Part shown: one piece after another, positions 27,693-38,738 of the stretch
Position numbering within the stretch: the stretch's first letter is position 1
Layout: every line of letters starts with the position of its first letter
Origin: an uncultured Myxococcales bacterium
GTDB lineage: Bacteria; Myxococcota_A; UBA9042
Direction of reading: 5' to 3'
NCBI GenBank assembly: GCA_903896545.1
Contig: CAITYF010000197.1
Span: 11,665-75,664, forward strand
Length of the DNA stretch: 64,000 bases
Position numbers and translations under genes: made by a program
The notes under the pieces: model-generated
The model's database searches: none
Seen by the model: only the letters and a program-made list of their open reading frames with translations
What the model was told of the DNA's origin: nothing

Positions 27693-28343
27693 ATGGCAAC
27701 CGCTGCGGATTCGTCAAAGACTCACGCCGAGACCACGCTTGAACTGCACGACGTCTCCGAGGCGAGCCTGCCGGACGTTCGTGCGCGACTGCTGGCCAAC
27801 GCCGCGACCCTGCGCCGTGTGTCGCTGGTGCAGCCCGGCTTCGCTCGGCCCCTCGACTTGACCGATCTGCCGTGGCACATGCTGGCGCGCTTGCGCAACC
27901 TGTCGCTCCAGCGGTTTCAGGTGCCAGCGTCGCTTCTCGCGCACCCGACTCTCGAGTCGCTGCGGTTGGTGACGTGCCCGATCGTCGGCGCGGAGTCCGT
28001 GCACGTCGGCCCGTCGCTGACCGCGCTTGAACTGGTCGACTGCAATCCGGAAGTCGCAACGCTGCACGTCGATGGTCCAGCGTTGACGTCGTTTGTGTTG
28101 TCGCAGGACGAGGACGCCGCGGAGAGCAACTTCGCCACGGTGCGTTTTGCGTGTCCGGGACTGCAAGCGCTGCGGTTTCGTGCGGCGCTGGCGGTGGACT
28201 TGGTGTTTGTTGGTCCGTTTCCAGCGTTGGCGGCGGCGAACATCCAGCTTCAGGCCGGCGCGTATGGTGGTCCGGTGGTGGATGTTTCTGCCGCCGAATC
28301 CGCCGCGCTCCTCGCTGCGGTCGCGCCGTTTGCAGCGCCTTGA
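27693..28343 (+). CDS. Hypothetical leucine-rich-repeat-like protein
   Basis: Repeated LxxLxLxxC-type segments (LESLRLVTCPI, LTALELVDCNPEV, LQALRFRAAL). Lies 18 nt downstream of the previous gene. Confidence 0.45.
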   Translation: MATAADSSKTHAETTLELHDVSEASLPDVRARLLANAATLRRVSLVQPGFARPLDLTDLPWHMLARLRNLSLQRFQVPASLLAHPTLESLRLVTCPIVGAESVHVGPSLTALELVDCNPEVATLHVDGPALTSFVLSQDEDAAESNFATVRFACPGLQALRFRAALAVDLVFVGPFPALAAANIQLQAGAYGGPVVDVSAAESAALLAAVAPFAAP

Positions 28344-28344
28344 C

Positions 28345-29400
28345 CTACGCTTGTTGCGTAGCCAGACGCCGCATCGCCGCCAGCACGTCGTCCGCCTGCG
28401 GCACGCTATGCTGCTCGTAGCCCCAAGCCAGACCGACGCCCGGCACATCCAACCCCGCGAGCAACTCCGGCTTCACTTCCAGGCTGTAAAACGCCTCGTC
28501 CATCACCTTGCGGATCACGTGTTCGCCAAAATTGGTCACTTCAGTATCTTCATTGATAACGAGCAGACGCCCGGTCTTCTCCACCGAAGCCTTCACGGTC
28601 GGCAAGTCAAACGGGTAGATCGTCCGCAGATCAATCACTTCCACGTCGATGCCTTCCTTGGCCAGCGTCTCCGCCGCGTTCACGCTCAACGGCAACATGC
28701 GCCCGTAGGTCACCACCGTGAGCGCCGAGCCTTCACGCGCGATCTTCGCCTGACCGATTGGCACGCGATAATCCTCCACGGGCGGCCAGTTCGGCTGCCA
28801 GTCGGAGCGATCCCCCAAGGGCGCGTCGATCATCGTGTGCAAAGTGCGCTCATCGGCGGGCTCGCCTGGAATCAGCTCCGCACCCTTTTGCCGCATCAGC
28901 GCCTTCGGGGCTAAGAAGAGCACCGGATTTGGGTCCTCGATCGCCGAAAGCAAGAGACCGTACGCGTCCTTGGGATTGGACGGCATGACAATCTTCCAGC
29001 CCTGAATGTGGCTCGCCATGCTCTCAAACGAGTGCGAGTGGTACATGGAGCCGTGAATGCCGCTGCCAACCGGCGTCATCAGCACCAGCGGCACGTGGTA
29101 TTCGCCCGCGGACGACCACGTCACGTTGCCGCACAGCTTCAGCAAGTCGATGACGTTGTAGATGTAATCGCAGAACTGGATCTCCGCCACTGGCTTGCCG
29201 CCCGCGTACGCGATGCCCAACGCCGTGCCGATGATGCCACGCTCGTCCAGAGGCGTGTTCCACGCGGTCTTCAGACCCTGCGTCGCCGTGAAGACACCGC
29301 CCAAAGGTGCGCCGACGTCTTCACCAAAAACGTCTGTCACGCCCAGATGGGTCTCGCCGTAGTGCAGCGCCAGTCGAATCGCCTGTGCAAGATTTGCCAT
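28345..29400 (-). CDS. 2-oxo acid dehydrogenase E1 component beta subunit (BCKDH / pyruvate-dehydrogenase type)
   Basis: Transketolase-like pyrimidine-binding and C-terminal domains (EIQFCDYIYN, GSMYHSHSFES). Confidence 0.85.
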   Translation of the reverse strand: MANLAQAIRLALHYGETHLGVTDVFGEDVGAPLGGVFTATQGLKTAWNTPLDERGIIGTALGIAYAGGKPVAEIQFCDYIYNVIDLLKLCGNVTWSSAGEYHVPLVLMTPVGSGIHGSMYHSHSFESMASHIQGWKIVMPSNPKDAYGLLLSAIEDPNPVLFLAPKALMRQKGAELIPGEPADERTLHTMIDAPLGDRSDWQPNWPPVEDYRVPIGQAKIAREGSALTVVTYGRMLPLSVNAAETLAKEGIDVEVIDLRTIYPFDLPTVKASVEKTGRLLVINEDTEVTNFGEHVIRKVMDEAFYSLEVKPELLAGLDVPGVGLAWGYEQHSVPQADDVLAAMRRLATQQA

Positions 29401-29409
29401 GACTCTTCC

Positions 29410-30408
29410 TTAATTGCCCGCTGGGCCTTCATGCCAAACGTGTTGCAGCACGTGCTCTTTGCCCGGCATCGGCTCGGCCGCCACCTTTTGCAGGTCCGCC
29501 GACAGTTGCGCGTTGTGCTTGTCCCACACGGCCTGAATCTCCGCTTGGGTCATCAGGTTTTCGCGGATCAGACGTTGCTCGTACAGGCCGATGCAATCGG
29601 GCTCGTCGTAGCGGTTGGCGCCGGAACTCGACGAGTGACCGTAGAGACGCGATACATTCGCCTGTAAGCAGAAGGGTTTACGTTCGTGGCGCACGTAGTC
29701 CATCGCCTCGGCGATCGCGTGCCAGCTGGCGATCGGATCGTTGCCGTCGACACAAGCGTTGCGAATGCCGAACCCGTTGGCGCGCTCGTTCAGCCGGAGG
29801 TTGTTCTGCGTCTGCGTGGCCGGCGTAGAAATGCCGAACTCGTTCTGCGCGACCAGGATCAGCACCGGCAGTTCGCGTCCCGGACGCGTCGACCAGTTCA
29901 TGCAGGTCCAAAAGTCGCCTTCAGCCGAGCCAGCGTCGCCGCCCGTCACGTACGACAACCCGTCGCCGCCGTGGCGCTGCTGCACAAGGGCCGTGCCGAT
30001 CACCGTCGTGTACTGGGTTTCAATCGTCGGCGTCACCGGCACGATATTCCACGCCTTGATGGCGAAGTGGTTCACAAAATTGCGGCCTTTGGAGTACGGA
30101 TCCGTCGCCGTCGACCGCATTTGCCGCAGGAGGTTGATCGGCTCCGCACCCATCGCCAGCACGGTCGCGCTCGACCGGTAGTGCAGGTGCAAATAGTCAA
30201 AGTCCGGCCCGTGGCCTTTCTTCGTGAGCAGACCGAGGGGCACATTGAAGCCCTCCTCGCCCGGTCCGCCAATCCAGAAGTAGCCGTGACCCGTGCGCAT
30301 CATGCGGATCATCAACTCTTCAGTCGCCCGGCCAAGAACCATCTTGTCGTGGATGGCAATCTTGAGCGTGTCGGTGAGCTTCGGGGCTTTCCAGGTAGTC
30401 GCGGTCAT
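29410..30408 (-). CDS. 2-oxo acid dehydrogenase E1 component alpha subunit (TPP-dependent)
   Basis: TPP-binding region GDGLSYVTGGDAGSAEGDFW...N. Immediately upstream of the beta subunit gene. Confidence 0.85.
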   Translation of the reverse strand: MTATTWKAPKLTDTLKIAIHDKMVLGRATEELMIRMMRTGHGYFWIGGPGEEGFNVPLGLLTKKGHGPDFDYLHLHYRSSATVLAMGAEPINLLRQMRSTATDPYSKGRNFVNHFAIKAWNIVPVTPTIETQYTTVIGTALVQQRHGGDGLSYVTGGDAGSAEGDFWTCMNWSTRPGRELPVLILVAQNEFGISTPATQTQNNLRLNERANGFGIRNACVDGNDPIASWHAIAEAMDYVRHERKPFCLQANVSRLYGHSSSSGANRYDEPDCIGLYEQRLIRENLMTQAEIQAVWDKHNAQLSADLQKVAAEPMPGKEHVLQHVWHEGPAGN

Positions 30409-30702
30409 CGGCGGACTCGACGCGCGTTGCGGGCGCGATGGGCGCGTCAGTCTAGCGCAGGTTTTGGGCGGCGTCAGTACCGACCGCGTGACTTCCTGCG
30501 GTGAAACATCGGGTCCCGCGTCGTGCTACATCGCGTCGCCCACCGCCAGCCCAGTACCGGGACGTCGCGTTGAGCCGTTGGACGGTCTCGAATTGTGAAT
30601 CGGTATCGCCCAGAGGTCGTGTTCGCGGCAGGGCGTCGCTAAGCACGACGTCCCGCCAACGCGTGGCTCTGCAGTCCTGTCCGATGGGAACAAACCCTGC
30701 GT

Positions 30703-31881
<1,179 letters not shown>

Positions 31882-32210
31882 GAGAGTCTCCGGCTACACG
31901 AGCACTGTGGCTCGGCCAAGAAGTCCTTGAATTTGCGAGGACGGTCCGGCATTTCACGGGCCTTCCGGGCGCGGCAGCCTACCACGCACACGGGCGAGCG
32001 GCAATTGCCGGACGCGGTTGGAAGGCGGTCCTGGACGGTCGTGTGACAATTCCATCATGGGCGCGGCAAAAGTCGGCGGGAGGCGAAAACAGAGAGCCCA
32101 CCCTGCTGAGGGCGGGTTCCATCGCGCGGTCGCCGCCGCAAAATCCTCGACCCCCGCGCGTTGCCGCCTTATCCTGCCGACAGCTGCGGCCACTGCCGTG
32201 CGAGGAAACG

Positions 32211-33338
32211 ATGCTGCCGATTATTCAGCCGGTTTTTGGTCCCGAAGAAGAGGCCGCGGTGCTCGCTGTGCTGCGTTCCGGCTGGGTTGCGCAAGGTCCG
32301 CACGTCGCTGAGTTTGAGCGCAAAGTCGCGCTCCGTGCAGGCGCCAAGTACGCGGTTGCCGTGACGTCTGCGACGACGGGGCTCCATCTCGCGCTTGTCG
32401 CAGCGGGGATTGGGCCAGGGGACGAGGTCATTGTCCCGTCGCTTTCGTTCATTGCGTCGACCAATGCGGTGTGGATGGTCGGTGCGAATCCGGTTTTTGC
32501 AGACGTCGACGAGGAGTTGCCGATCCTGACTCCAGAAACGGTCGCAGCGGTGTGGACTCAAAAAACGCGGGCCGTGCTGGCCGTGCACCAACTCGGCATT
32601 CCGTGCGAGCGCGACGTGCTCCGCGCGATGTGCGAAGAACGCGGGGCGCGGCTGATCGAAGACGCCGCGTGCGCGTTGGGCTCACTGGCTGACGGTCGCC
32701 CGGTGACTGAAGGCGCCGATCTTGCGGTTTTTTCCTTTCACCCGCGCAAAGTGCTGACGATGGGCGAGGGCGGCGCGGTCACGACCGACAACGCGGATTT
32801 TGCCGAACGCCTGAAGCGCCTACGCAACCACGGCATGACGGTCGCAGCCGACGCGCGGCACGGCAATGCGGTCCGCGAAGGCTTTGCGGAACCGGCGTGG
32901 AACTATCGGCTGACGGACATTCAGGGCGCCATCGGCAGCGTGCAAATGGATCGCCTCGACGCGATCTTGGCTGAACGGCAGCGGATTTGGCAGGGCTATC
33001 GCGCGCGCCTGCACGCGGCCCTGCCGGAGATCCGCTTGCTGACGCCGCAGCCGCACGTGCAGTGGAACGTGCAGACCGGCTGCGTGCGTATCCCCGACGG
33101 GAAGCGCGATTCGGTGTTGAAGGCCTTGAACGACGGTGGGATTGGCGCACGACGCGGCATTCTCGCGGCGCATCTGGAGCCCGCATGGGCACACTGGCCG
33201 CGGACGCAATTGCCCAACTCAGAAGCCTGGGCGCACGACTCGCTCGCGCTGCCCGTGTTTCACGGAATGACGGGCGCGCAGCAAGATGAAGTCGTCCACG
33301 CGCTAGCCTTGGCGCTTGGTTATTTGGAAACGGTATAG
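32211..33338 (+). CDS. DegT/DnrJ/EryC1/StrS family PLP-dependent sugar aminotransferase
   Basis: LSFIASTNAV, the FSFHPRKVLTMGEGGAV Lys region, and general ArnB/DegT-like architecture. Confidence 0.8.
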   Translation: MLPIIQPVFGPEEEAAVLAVLRSGWVAQGPHVAEFERKVALRAGAKYAVAVTSATTGLHLALVAAGIGPGDEVIVPSLSFIASTNAVWMVGANPVFADVDEELPILTPETVAAVWTQKTRAVLAVHQLGIPCERDVLRAMCEERGARLIEDAACALGSLADGRPVTEGADLAVFSFHPRKVLTMGEGGAVTTDNADFAERLKRLRNHGMTVAADARHGNAVREGFAEPAWNYRLTDIQGAIGSVQMDRLDAILAERQRIWQGYRARLHAALPEIRLLTPQPHVQWNVQTGCVRIPDGKRDSVLKALNDGGIGARRGILAAHLEPAWAHWPRTQLPNSEAWAHDSLALPVFHGMTGAQQDEVVHALALALGYLETV

Positions 33339-33610
33339 ACCGCGCCGCCAATTGTCCCAAAGTACAAGCACTTGTCGTCGACCGCGAGCACGCGTTGGAA
33401 CGGCCAGCCGTCCAACTGGCCCATCTCGTTGTAGAGTTCGGTCTCCGTGGACGTCGTCAGGTTCCAACGCGCCAGCGGTCCATTCAGGATCTTGTAGTAC
33501 GCGTTGTCGCCGTCCATCAGCAGGTTGCGGGGGCTGCCCGACGTCGTCTTCACGTGCGTCAGGTTTTGGCCGCTCGTGTCGACGCGCCACAAGCCCGCGT
33601 CCGTATTGGT
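33290..33610. repeat. Left copy of the ~320-bp segmental duplication (partner at 36139-36466)
   Basis: ~97% identical by eye to 36139-36466. It spans the aminotransferase 3' end and the 3' end of the Cys-repeat protein gene. Confidence 0.85.
33320..33610 (-). pseudogene. 3'-terminal fragment of the Cys-repeat / beta-propeller protein gene; the intact copy is at 36175-38583
   Basis: Encodes ...TSGQNLTHVKTTSGSPRNLLMDGDNAYYKILNGPLARWNL...GGAVYTVSK, identical to the C-terminus of the 802-aa protein, and lacks an N-terminal part. Confidence 0.7.
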
Positions 33611-33834
33611 GAACGGTTGGCCGGCGTGAACGGCTGGGGCACGCAGGCAAGTGGTCGCGGCGCGAGGTGGTGCTGCGGCCGCAACCTCCAAGGCGCAAGA
33701 AGGAACGCGCGAACGATGAAACCGCCTGCGCGCACGCACGGCGAGAGGCGAAGCCGGCCGAGAGCTTCAACCGCTTCGACCGTGGCTTGACCCGCCGGTC
33801 GTACTGGCCCATTGTCGACGTCGGAGATTCCGCG

Positions 33835-35070
33835 ATGCTCGGGCGATTATGGATGTTGAGCCTCGTCTTGTGCGCCTCCTGCGGCACCGCGATTCCGATT
33901 GGTGCGACGGATGCGTCCGCCGCGAACGCGACTGACGACGTCGACCTCGGCCTCGCCGACGCAGGGCCAGACGTCGCATTCACCCCTGACATCCCCGCTC
34001 CCGACGCGGTCAGCCCCGACGCGTGCACGAGCAACTGCGCCTGCGGCAACGGCGTCTGCGATGCAGAAGAAACCGTCACTTTGTGCCCCGCCGACTGCGC
34101 GTTTCTCGCCGCGCATACGGCCGGGTCTTGTAGCCAACCCGGCAGTTGGAACGGCTGTCCGTGGGGCTACATCTGCGCGGGGCGGAGCAAGGCTGGCGGC
34201 GGCAACGTCTGTGTGGCGGATTTCGATACGTGGGGCGTCTTGCCTGACGCGCGGGCTGCCAGCGAGTACGTCGACTTTGGCTGGTCTGTGACGGACAGCC
34301 TGACAGGTCTCGAATGGGCCAAAGAGGCGCTGCCGCCGATGCCGTGGGCGGTGGCGCTGAGCGCGTGCACGACACAGACGATCGGCGGTCACACCGACTG
34401 GCGATTGCCAAGCAACGCAGAGTTGCGGACGTTGCTGGACTACGCCAAGGAGTTTCCAGCGGCTACTGCACCGGGGTTGAGCTGGCCCCCGAACTGCATC
34501 ACCGGCGTGACCGACTACTCCACATGGTGCGGCGACCCGTACTGGAGCGACGTCCCCGGTCCGACCTGGAAAAGCGCTTGGGAGCTCGATTTTGCCGACG
34601 CGAGCAACTTGCCCAGCGATCCGACGGCGACGTGGCACGTGCGCTGCGTGCGCGGGGCCGCCTCCGGAGCCAAGTCCCAAGGCGTCGGGGCGCGTTTTGC
34701 CGCAACCGATCAAGGCCAGGTCGTTCTGGATAGGGTCACCGGGTTGCGCTGGCAGATCGGGGAATCGGTCGGCTGGATAGCCCACGCGGCGGCAGAGACT
34801 TGGTGTGCCACGAACGCCGCCGCAGCGCCGGGGGAGGGCTGGCGACTCCCGTCGATACGCGAGCTGACCTCCATCGTCGACCGCCGCCTCACGCAGCCGG
34901 CGATCGACCCGATCTTTGGCACGACGCAGTATTTTCCGCACTGGAGTACAAGTCTGGTTGCCAGGTCTTACGGCGACGGCACGCCACTGCCTTGTTGGTT
35001 GATGGTCGAATTCGCAGTCGGCTTTTCAGATCTTGCCTGCGGAAGCAGCGTCGCCCGCTGCGTCCGCTAA
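33835..35070 (+). CDS. DUF1566 (Lcl C-terminal domain) lipoprotein with a Cys-rich N-terminal region
   Basis: Signal/lipobox LVLCASCGT. Two DUF1566-like modules with TDWRLPSNAELRTLL and GWRLPSIRELTSIV motifs. Confidence 0.7.
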   Translation: MLGRLWMLSLVLCASCGTAIPIGATDASAANATDDVDLGLADAGPDVAFTPDIPAPDAVSPDACTSNCACGNGVCDAEETVTLCPADCAFLAAHTAGSCSQPGSWNGCPWGYICAGRSKAGGGNVCVADFDTWGVLPDARAASEYVDFGWSVTDSLTGLEWAKEALPPMPWAVALSACTTQTIGGHTDWRLPSNAELRTLLDYAKEFPAATAPGLSWPPNCITGVTDYSTWCGDPYWSDVPGPTWKSAWELDFADASNLPSDPTATWHVRCVRGAASGAKSQGVGARFAATDQGQVVLDRVTGLRWQIGESVGWIAHAAAETWCATNAAAAPGEGWRLPSIRELTSIVDRRLTQPAIDPIFGTTQYFPHWSTSLVARSYGDGTPLPCWLMVEFAVGFSDLACGSSVARCVR

Positions 35071-35405
35071 CCCTCGACCGAGTCGCGGGGCTCGCTGAAT
35101 TCCGGGCGACGGGCGAGCGCTGACGTCGCAGCGGATCTCACTTCAGGCCGCGCTTGAACGCGGGATCAAGCGAGAAGCTCAGGCGTGTAGCAGAAGCAAA
35201 CCACATCTCCGCCCCGCTCGGCCGCTCAGTCATCGCCCCCGCCCGGACCTTCCACGCGCAAACCGACCACTTTGGCCAGTCTGACGCCGCCAGATCCGCG
35301 CATTAAGCGCTCGTTTGTCCCTGATCTTGCGTGAATTTACGCACTTTGGACGCACCGGTCCGCCCGCAGCGCCTTTGCGCCACGTGTATGCGCCCGGTCG
35401 TATGC

Positions 35406-35790
35406 CTATGCCGCGGCCAGTTCCCAATCCGCAAACGACAGGTCAATGTCATCGCCCAGATCCGGATCAAAGTCATCCAAATATTCAGGCGGATCAATCA
35501 GTTCGGGTGGTCCCATGGGCTGTACGATGTCGTTCGGCTCTTGCTGCAGCTTGAGGTGCCGTAGGAACCGCGCCGCCTCCGGGCCCGCCGGGATCACCGC
35601 CAGCAGCTTGAGCCGGTGGTCGCACGCGCGGGTCAGAATATCTATGCAAAACGACAGCTTGAGAGTCTTGCTCCACGTCGGTTTCGTTGCCTTCTCGATC
35701 AGCCCCAGCCGGTCAGTCAGGTCCAGCGGCTGCGGCCTTTCCTCGTTCCGCCTCCCGGGCGCGTGCTCGCCTGCCAGCACCACGCGCGCG
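35406..35790 (-). CDS. Hypothetical small protein with an acidic C-terminus (boundaries uncertain)
   Basis: The C-terminal ~120 aa look coding (…IDILTRACDHRLKLLAVIPAG…ELIDPPEYLDDFDPDLGDDIDLSFADWELAAA). The upstream part of the long ORF is Arg/Pro-rich and derived from the duplicated segment, so the start is unclear. Confidence 0.3.
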
Positions 35791-36138
35791 CAGTGTCTGG
35801 CTACCGCGCCGCCCTCGATCCGCCTCCAGGTATTCGGCGGCGGGCGGCTTGCTGGTTCGGGGCGAACGCGCCGTGGTAGGTGATACCGGGCTTGGCTGGC
35901 TTGGTGGAGGTGCGCATCCTCCACGGTGTTCGTGAGTTTCAGATTTTTTGCCGCGGCGTGCCGCGCACCTTTCTGGCCAGTTGCCGCCCGCTCCGCCTCC
36001 GCCCGGACTCGCCTACCGGATGTCGGCCCAGAAGCTGGACGCGGACGGCCAAGCTGGCGAACTGCCTTCTGCGCAGGACGATTGGCGCACTTCATGTTGC
36101 TTTCGGACAAATCGCTCTCGACTCCATCGTGGTCGTTG

Positions 36139-36466
36139 GGTGGAAGTCGTCCACGCGCTAGCCTTGGCGCTTGGTTACTTGGAAACGGTATAGACCGCGC
36201 CGCCAATTGTCCCAAAGTACAGGCACTTGTCGTCGACCGCGAGCACGCGTTGGAACGGCCAGCCGTCCAACTGGCCCATCTCGTTGTAGAGCTCGGTCTC
36301 CGTGGACGTCGTCAGGTTCCAACGCGCCAGCGGTCCATTCAGGATCTTGTAGTACGCGTTGTCGCCGTCCATCAGCAGGTTGCGGGGGCTGCCCGACGTC
36401 GTCTTCACGTGCGTCAGGTTCTGGCCACTCGTGTCGATCCGCCACAAGCCCGCGTCCGTGTTGGTG
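36139..36466. repeat. Right copy of the ~320-bp segmental duplication
   Basis: Carries a remnant of the aminotransferase 3' end (encoding VVHALALALGYLETV) plus the genuine 3' end of the Cys-repeat protein gene. Confidence 0.85.
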
Positions 36467-38583
36467 AACGACGCGACCCAATAGACGTAGTTGTTGACGT
36501 AAGAAACGCCGTATCGGTGTGAACCGCCGCCTTTGGTCGTGTCGCCCAGCAGCGTGCTCACGACGCCGCCTGCCGAGACCTTCTCCAGCGCTTGTGGCGT
36601 GTATTGGCTTGACGTGTAGATCGCGGTGCCGTCCGTTGCCAGACCGAGATTCGCCTCGGTCAGCGGCAGCGACGTCAGCACATTATTCTGCGCCAGGTCG
36701 TAAAAGCCGATGCCCGCTTTGTTCACGCCAGCGGCGTTGGATGCGTACCACGCGACGAGATCGCCGTACACAATCGCCTCCGTCAGCGACTTGAGGCCGA
36801 AGGCCAGCTGAACGACGTCGACCGCGCAGCCTTGCCCGTCGCAGTCGATCACGTACCCGTCCAGCGCGCCGCTGCCAAACGCGCCCGCGTCGCCGATGAG
36901 GATGCGCGTACCGTGCGGCACCAAGGAAATCGGCGCGATCAGTTGATCGACGATCGTCTTCATGTTCGCGTTGGCCGTGCCGCAGCCCGCCAGCTTCGGG
37001 CAGGAGACGACCTTGCCCCACTTGTTGCCGCCTGGGTCGCGCACGCCAAAGATGACGCGGTCGTCCATGACGGTGACGGCCGAGACCGAGCCGATCGCGT
37101 CGGGGTAATCCAACAGCAGTCGCGGCGTCGCGTTGCACACCGGCTTGGGGCAGCCGTCCACGCCGACGCACTGACCCTGCGCGTTGCACGCGTCCGCGGT
37201 GGTGCAGGCGACGCCGTCATCACACGATGTGCCGAACGTCACGATTTCATTCTTGCACAGACCCGACTTCGGGTTGCACGAATCCGTCGTGCACGGGTTC
37301 TTGTCGTCGCAGTCTTTCAACACGCCAGAGGCGCAGAGACCTGCCACGCACGTGTCCACCGCGGTGCATGCGTCGTTGTCCGTACACGTCGTGCCGTTGC
37401 TGACGTCGGTGTTGATGCAGCCATCGGCCATCGAGCACGTGTCCGTCGTGCACGCGTTGCCGTCGCCGCACGCCGCGTCGCTGCCGACGTGGCTGCACTG
37501 GCCGGTCGCGTCGCAGGTATCGGCGGTGCAATCGAGCTTGTCGTCGCACGTCGCCTTGGCTGGCGTGCAGGAGCCCAAGTCGCAGAATTCGTTTTGGGTG
37601 CAAGGGTCGCCGTCGTCGCACAGTCCAATCTTGTTTACGTTGCCGCAGCCGCTGTCCAGGCTGCACGCGTCGGTGGTGCACTGGTTGCCGTCCTCGCACG
37701 CCGCGTCACTGGCAACGTGGCTGCATTGCCCGGCGGCGTCGCAACTGTCGGTCGTGCACGCCAACTTGTCGTCGCACTTCTGCTTGGCGGGTACGCACGT
37801 CGTGCCGTCGCAGTAGTCACCTTGCGTGCAGCTATCGCCGTCGTCGCACAGGCCGACCATCGGGGCGTTGCTGCAGCCACCGTTGAGCGTGCAGGTGTCG
37901 GTCGTGCACTGGTTGCCGTCGTCGCACGCCGCGTTCACCGCGGTGTGGTCGCACTTGCCGGCGACATTGCATTCGTCCGTGGTGCACGGCAGCCCGTCGT
38001 CGCACTTCGCCGTGGGTCCCACGCACGTGGCGTTGTCGCATGCGTCGTTGATCGTGCACGCGTTGCCGTCATCACAGGGTGTACCGCCCGCCGCCGTTGC
38101 CTTGCCGCACGCGCCGTTTTCGCAGGTATTCCACTGGCACGCCGTGTCGGTCCCGCCGCAATCCGCGGGCGTGATGCACTCGGGCGCGGCCACGTCCGGG
38201 CCCGTGTCTTCTTGCGCGACATCCGGCGGCACGTCCGCTTCCGTATCGGGTCCCGCATCCGGCGCAACGTCGGCCGCAACGTCCGGCTCGACATCTGGCG
38301 CCACGTCAGGTGCGACGTCCGTCGCTGCATCGGGTGCGACGTCCGCATCTTCCTTGGCCGCAACGTCCGCGTCCTGACTGACGACGTCCGAAGGGGGGAA
38401 CTCCGCGCTGGCCACGTCGGTCGTTCCGCTCGCGTCGGTGCCTTCTTGGGCGTCGGCGTCTTCCGTTGCATCGTCCAGCGTCGTGTACTGCGCGAGCGCC
38501 GCGATGTCATTGCCACACGATGAAAGTCCCGTTGCGAGCACAGCGCTCAAGCTCAAGACACACAAAGATTGCGTTTTCCACAT
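36175..38583 (-). CDS. Secreted lipoprotein with D(V)APD acidic repeats, tandem myxobacteria-type Cys-rich repeats (CDDGNxCTxDxC) and a C-terminal beta-propeller-like domain
   Basis: Lipobox LSSCGND. Repeats DVAPDAATDVAPDVAPDVEPDVAADVAPD. At least 8 tandem ~38-aa Cys modules (CDDGNQCTTDTCTLNGGCSN...). The plus-strand ORFs covering it are antisense artefacts. Confidence 0.8.
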   Translation of the reverse strand: MWKTQSLCVLSLSAVLATGLSSCGNDIAALAQYTTLDDATEDADAQEGTDASGTTDVASAEFPPSDVVSQDADVAAKEDADVAPDAATDVAPDVAPDVEPDVAADVAPDAGPDTEADVPPDVAQEDTGPDVAAPECITPADCGGTDTACQWNTCENGACGKATAAGGTPCDDGNACTINDACDNATCVGPTAKCDDGLPCTTDECNVAGKCDHTAVNAACDDGNQCTTDTCTLNGGCSNAPMVGLCDDGDSCTQGDYCDGTTCVPAKQKCDDKLACTTDSCDAAGQCSHVASDAACEDGNQCTTDACSLDSGCGNVNKIGLCDDGDPCTQNEFCDLGSCTPAKATCDDKLDCTADTCDATGQCSHVGSDAACGDGNACTTDTCSMADGCINTDVSNGTTCTDNDACTAVDTCVAGLCASGVLKDCDDKNPCTTDSCNPKSGLCKNEIVTFGTSCDDGVACTTADACNAQGQCVGVDGCPKPVCNATPRLLLDYPDAIGSVSAVTVMDDRVIFGVRDPGGNKWGKVVSCPKLAGCGTANANMKTIVDQLIAPISLVPHGTRILIGDAGAFGSGALDGYVIDCDGQGCAVDVVQLAFGLKSLTEAIVYGDLVAWYASNAAGVNKAGIGFYDLAQNNVLTSLPLTEANLGLATDGTAIYTSSQYTPQALEKVSAGGVVSTLLGDTTKGGGSHRYGVSYVNNYVYWVASFTNTDAGLWRIDTSGQNLTHVKTTSGSPRNLLMDGDNAYYKILNGPLARWNLTTSTETELYNEMGQLDGWPFQRVLAVDDKCLYFGTIGGAVYTVSK

Positions 38584-38738
38584 GGCGCCTCCCCCAACGC
38601 TTTGATGCGGCCAGTTCCCTCACTCGCGAACAGGAACGAGTGTGAGCCGGAGGAAAAGCGCCGTCAAGCGGCAGGAATGCGCGCGGCGCGTCCGATCAGC
38701 GGACAGAATGGGCACGCGTGTTGCGCTGGGTTTCTGCG

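Noticed and set aside
32779-36215. ORFs starting MGQLAARSIPFP(S/N)NQAPRLARGRL at 32779-33360 minus and 35406-36215 minus, apparently a small paralogous family
   Set aside because: The shared N-terminus is the antisense reading of the duplicated aminotransferase 3' end (the segmental duplication). Only the distal part of 35406-36215 looks coding.
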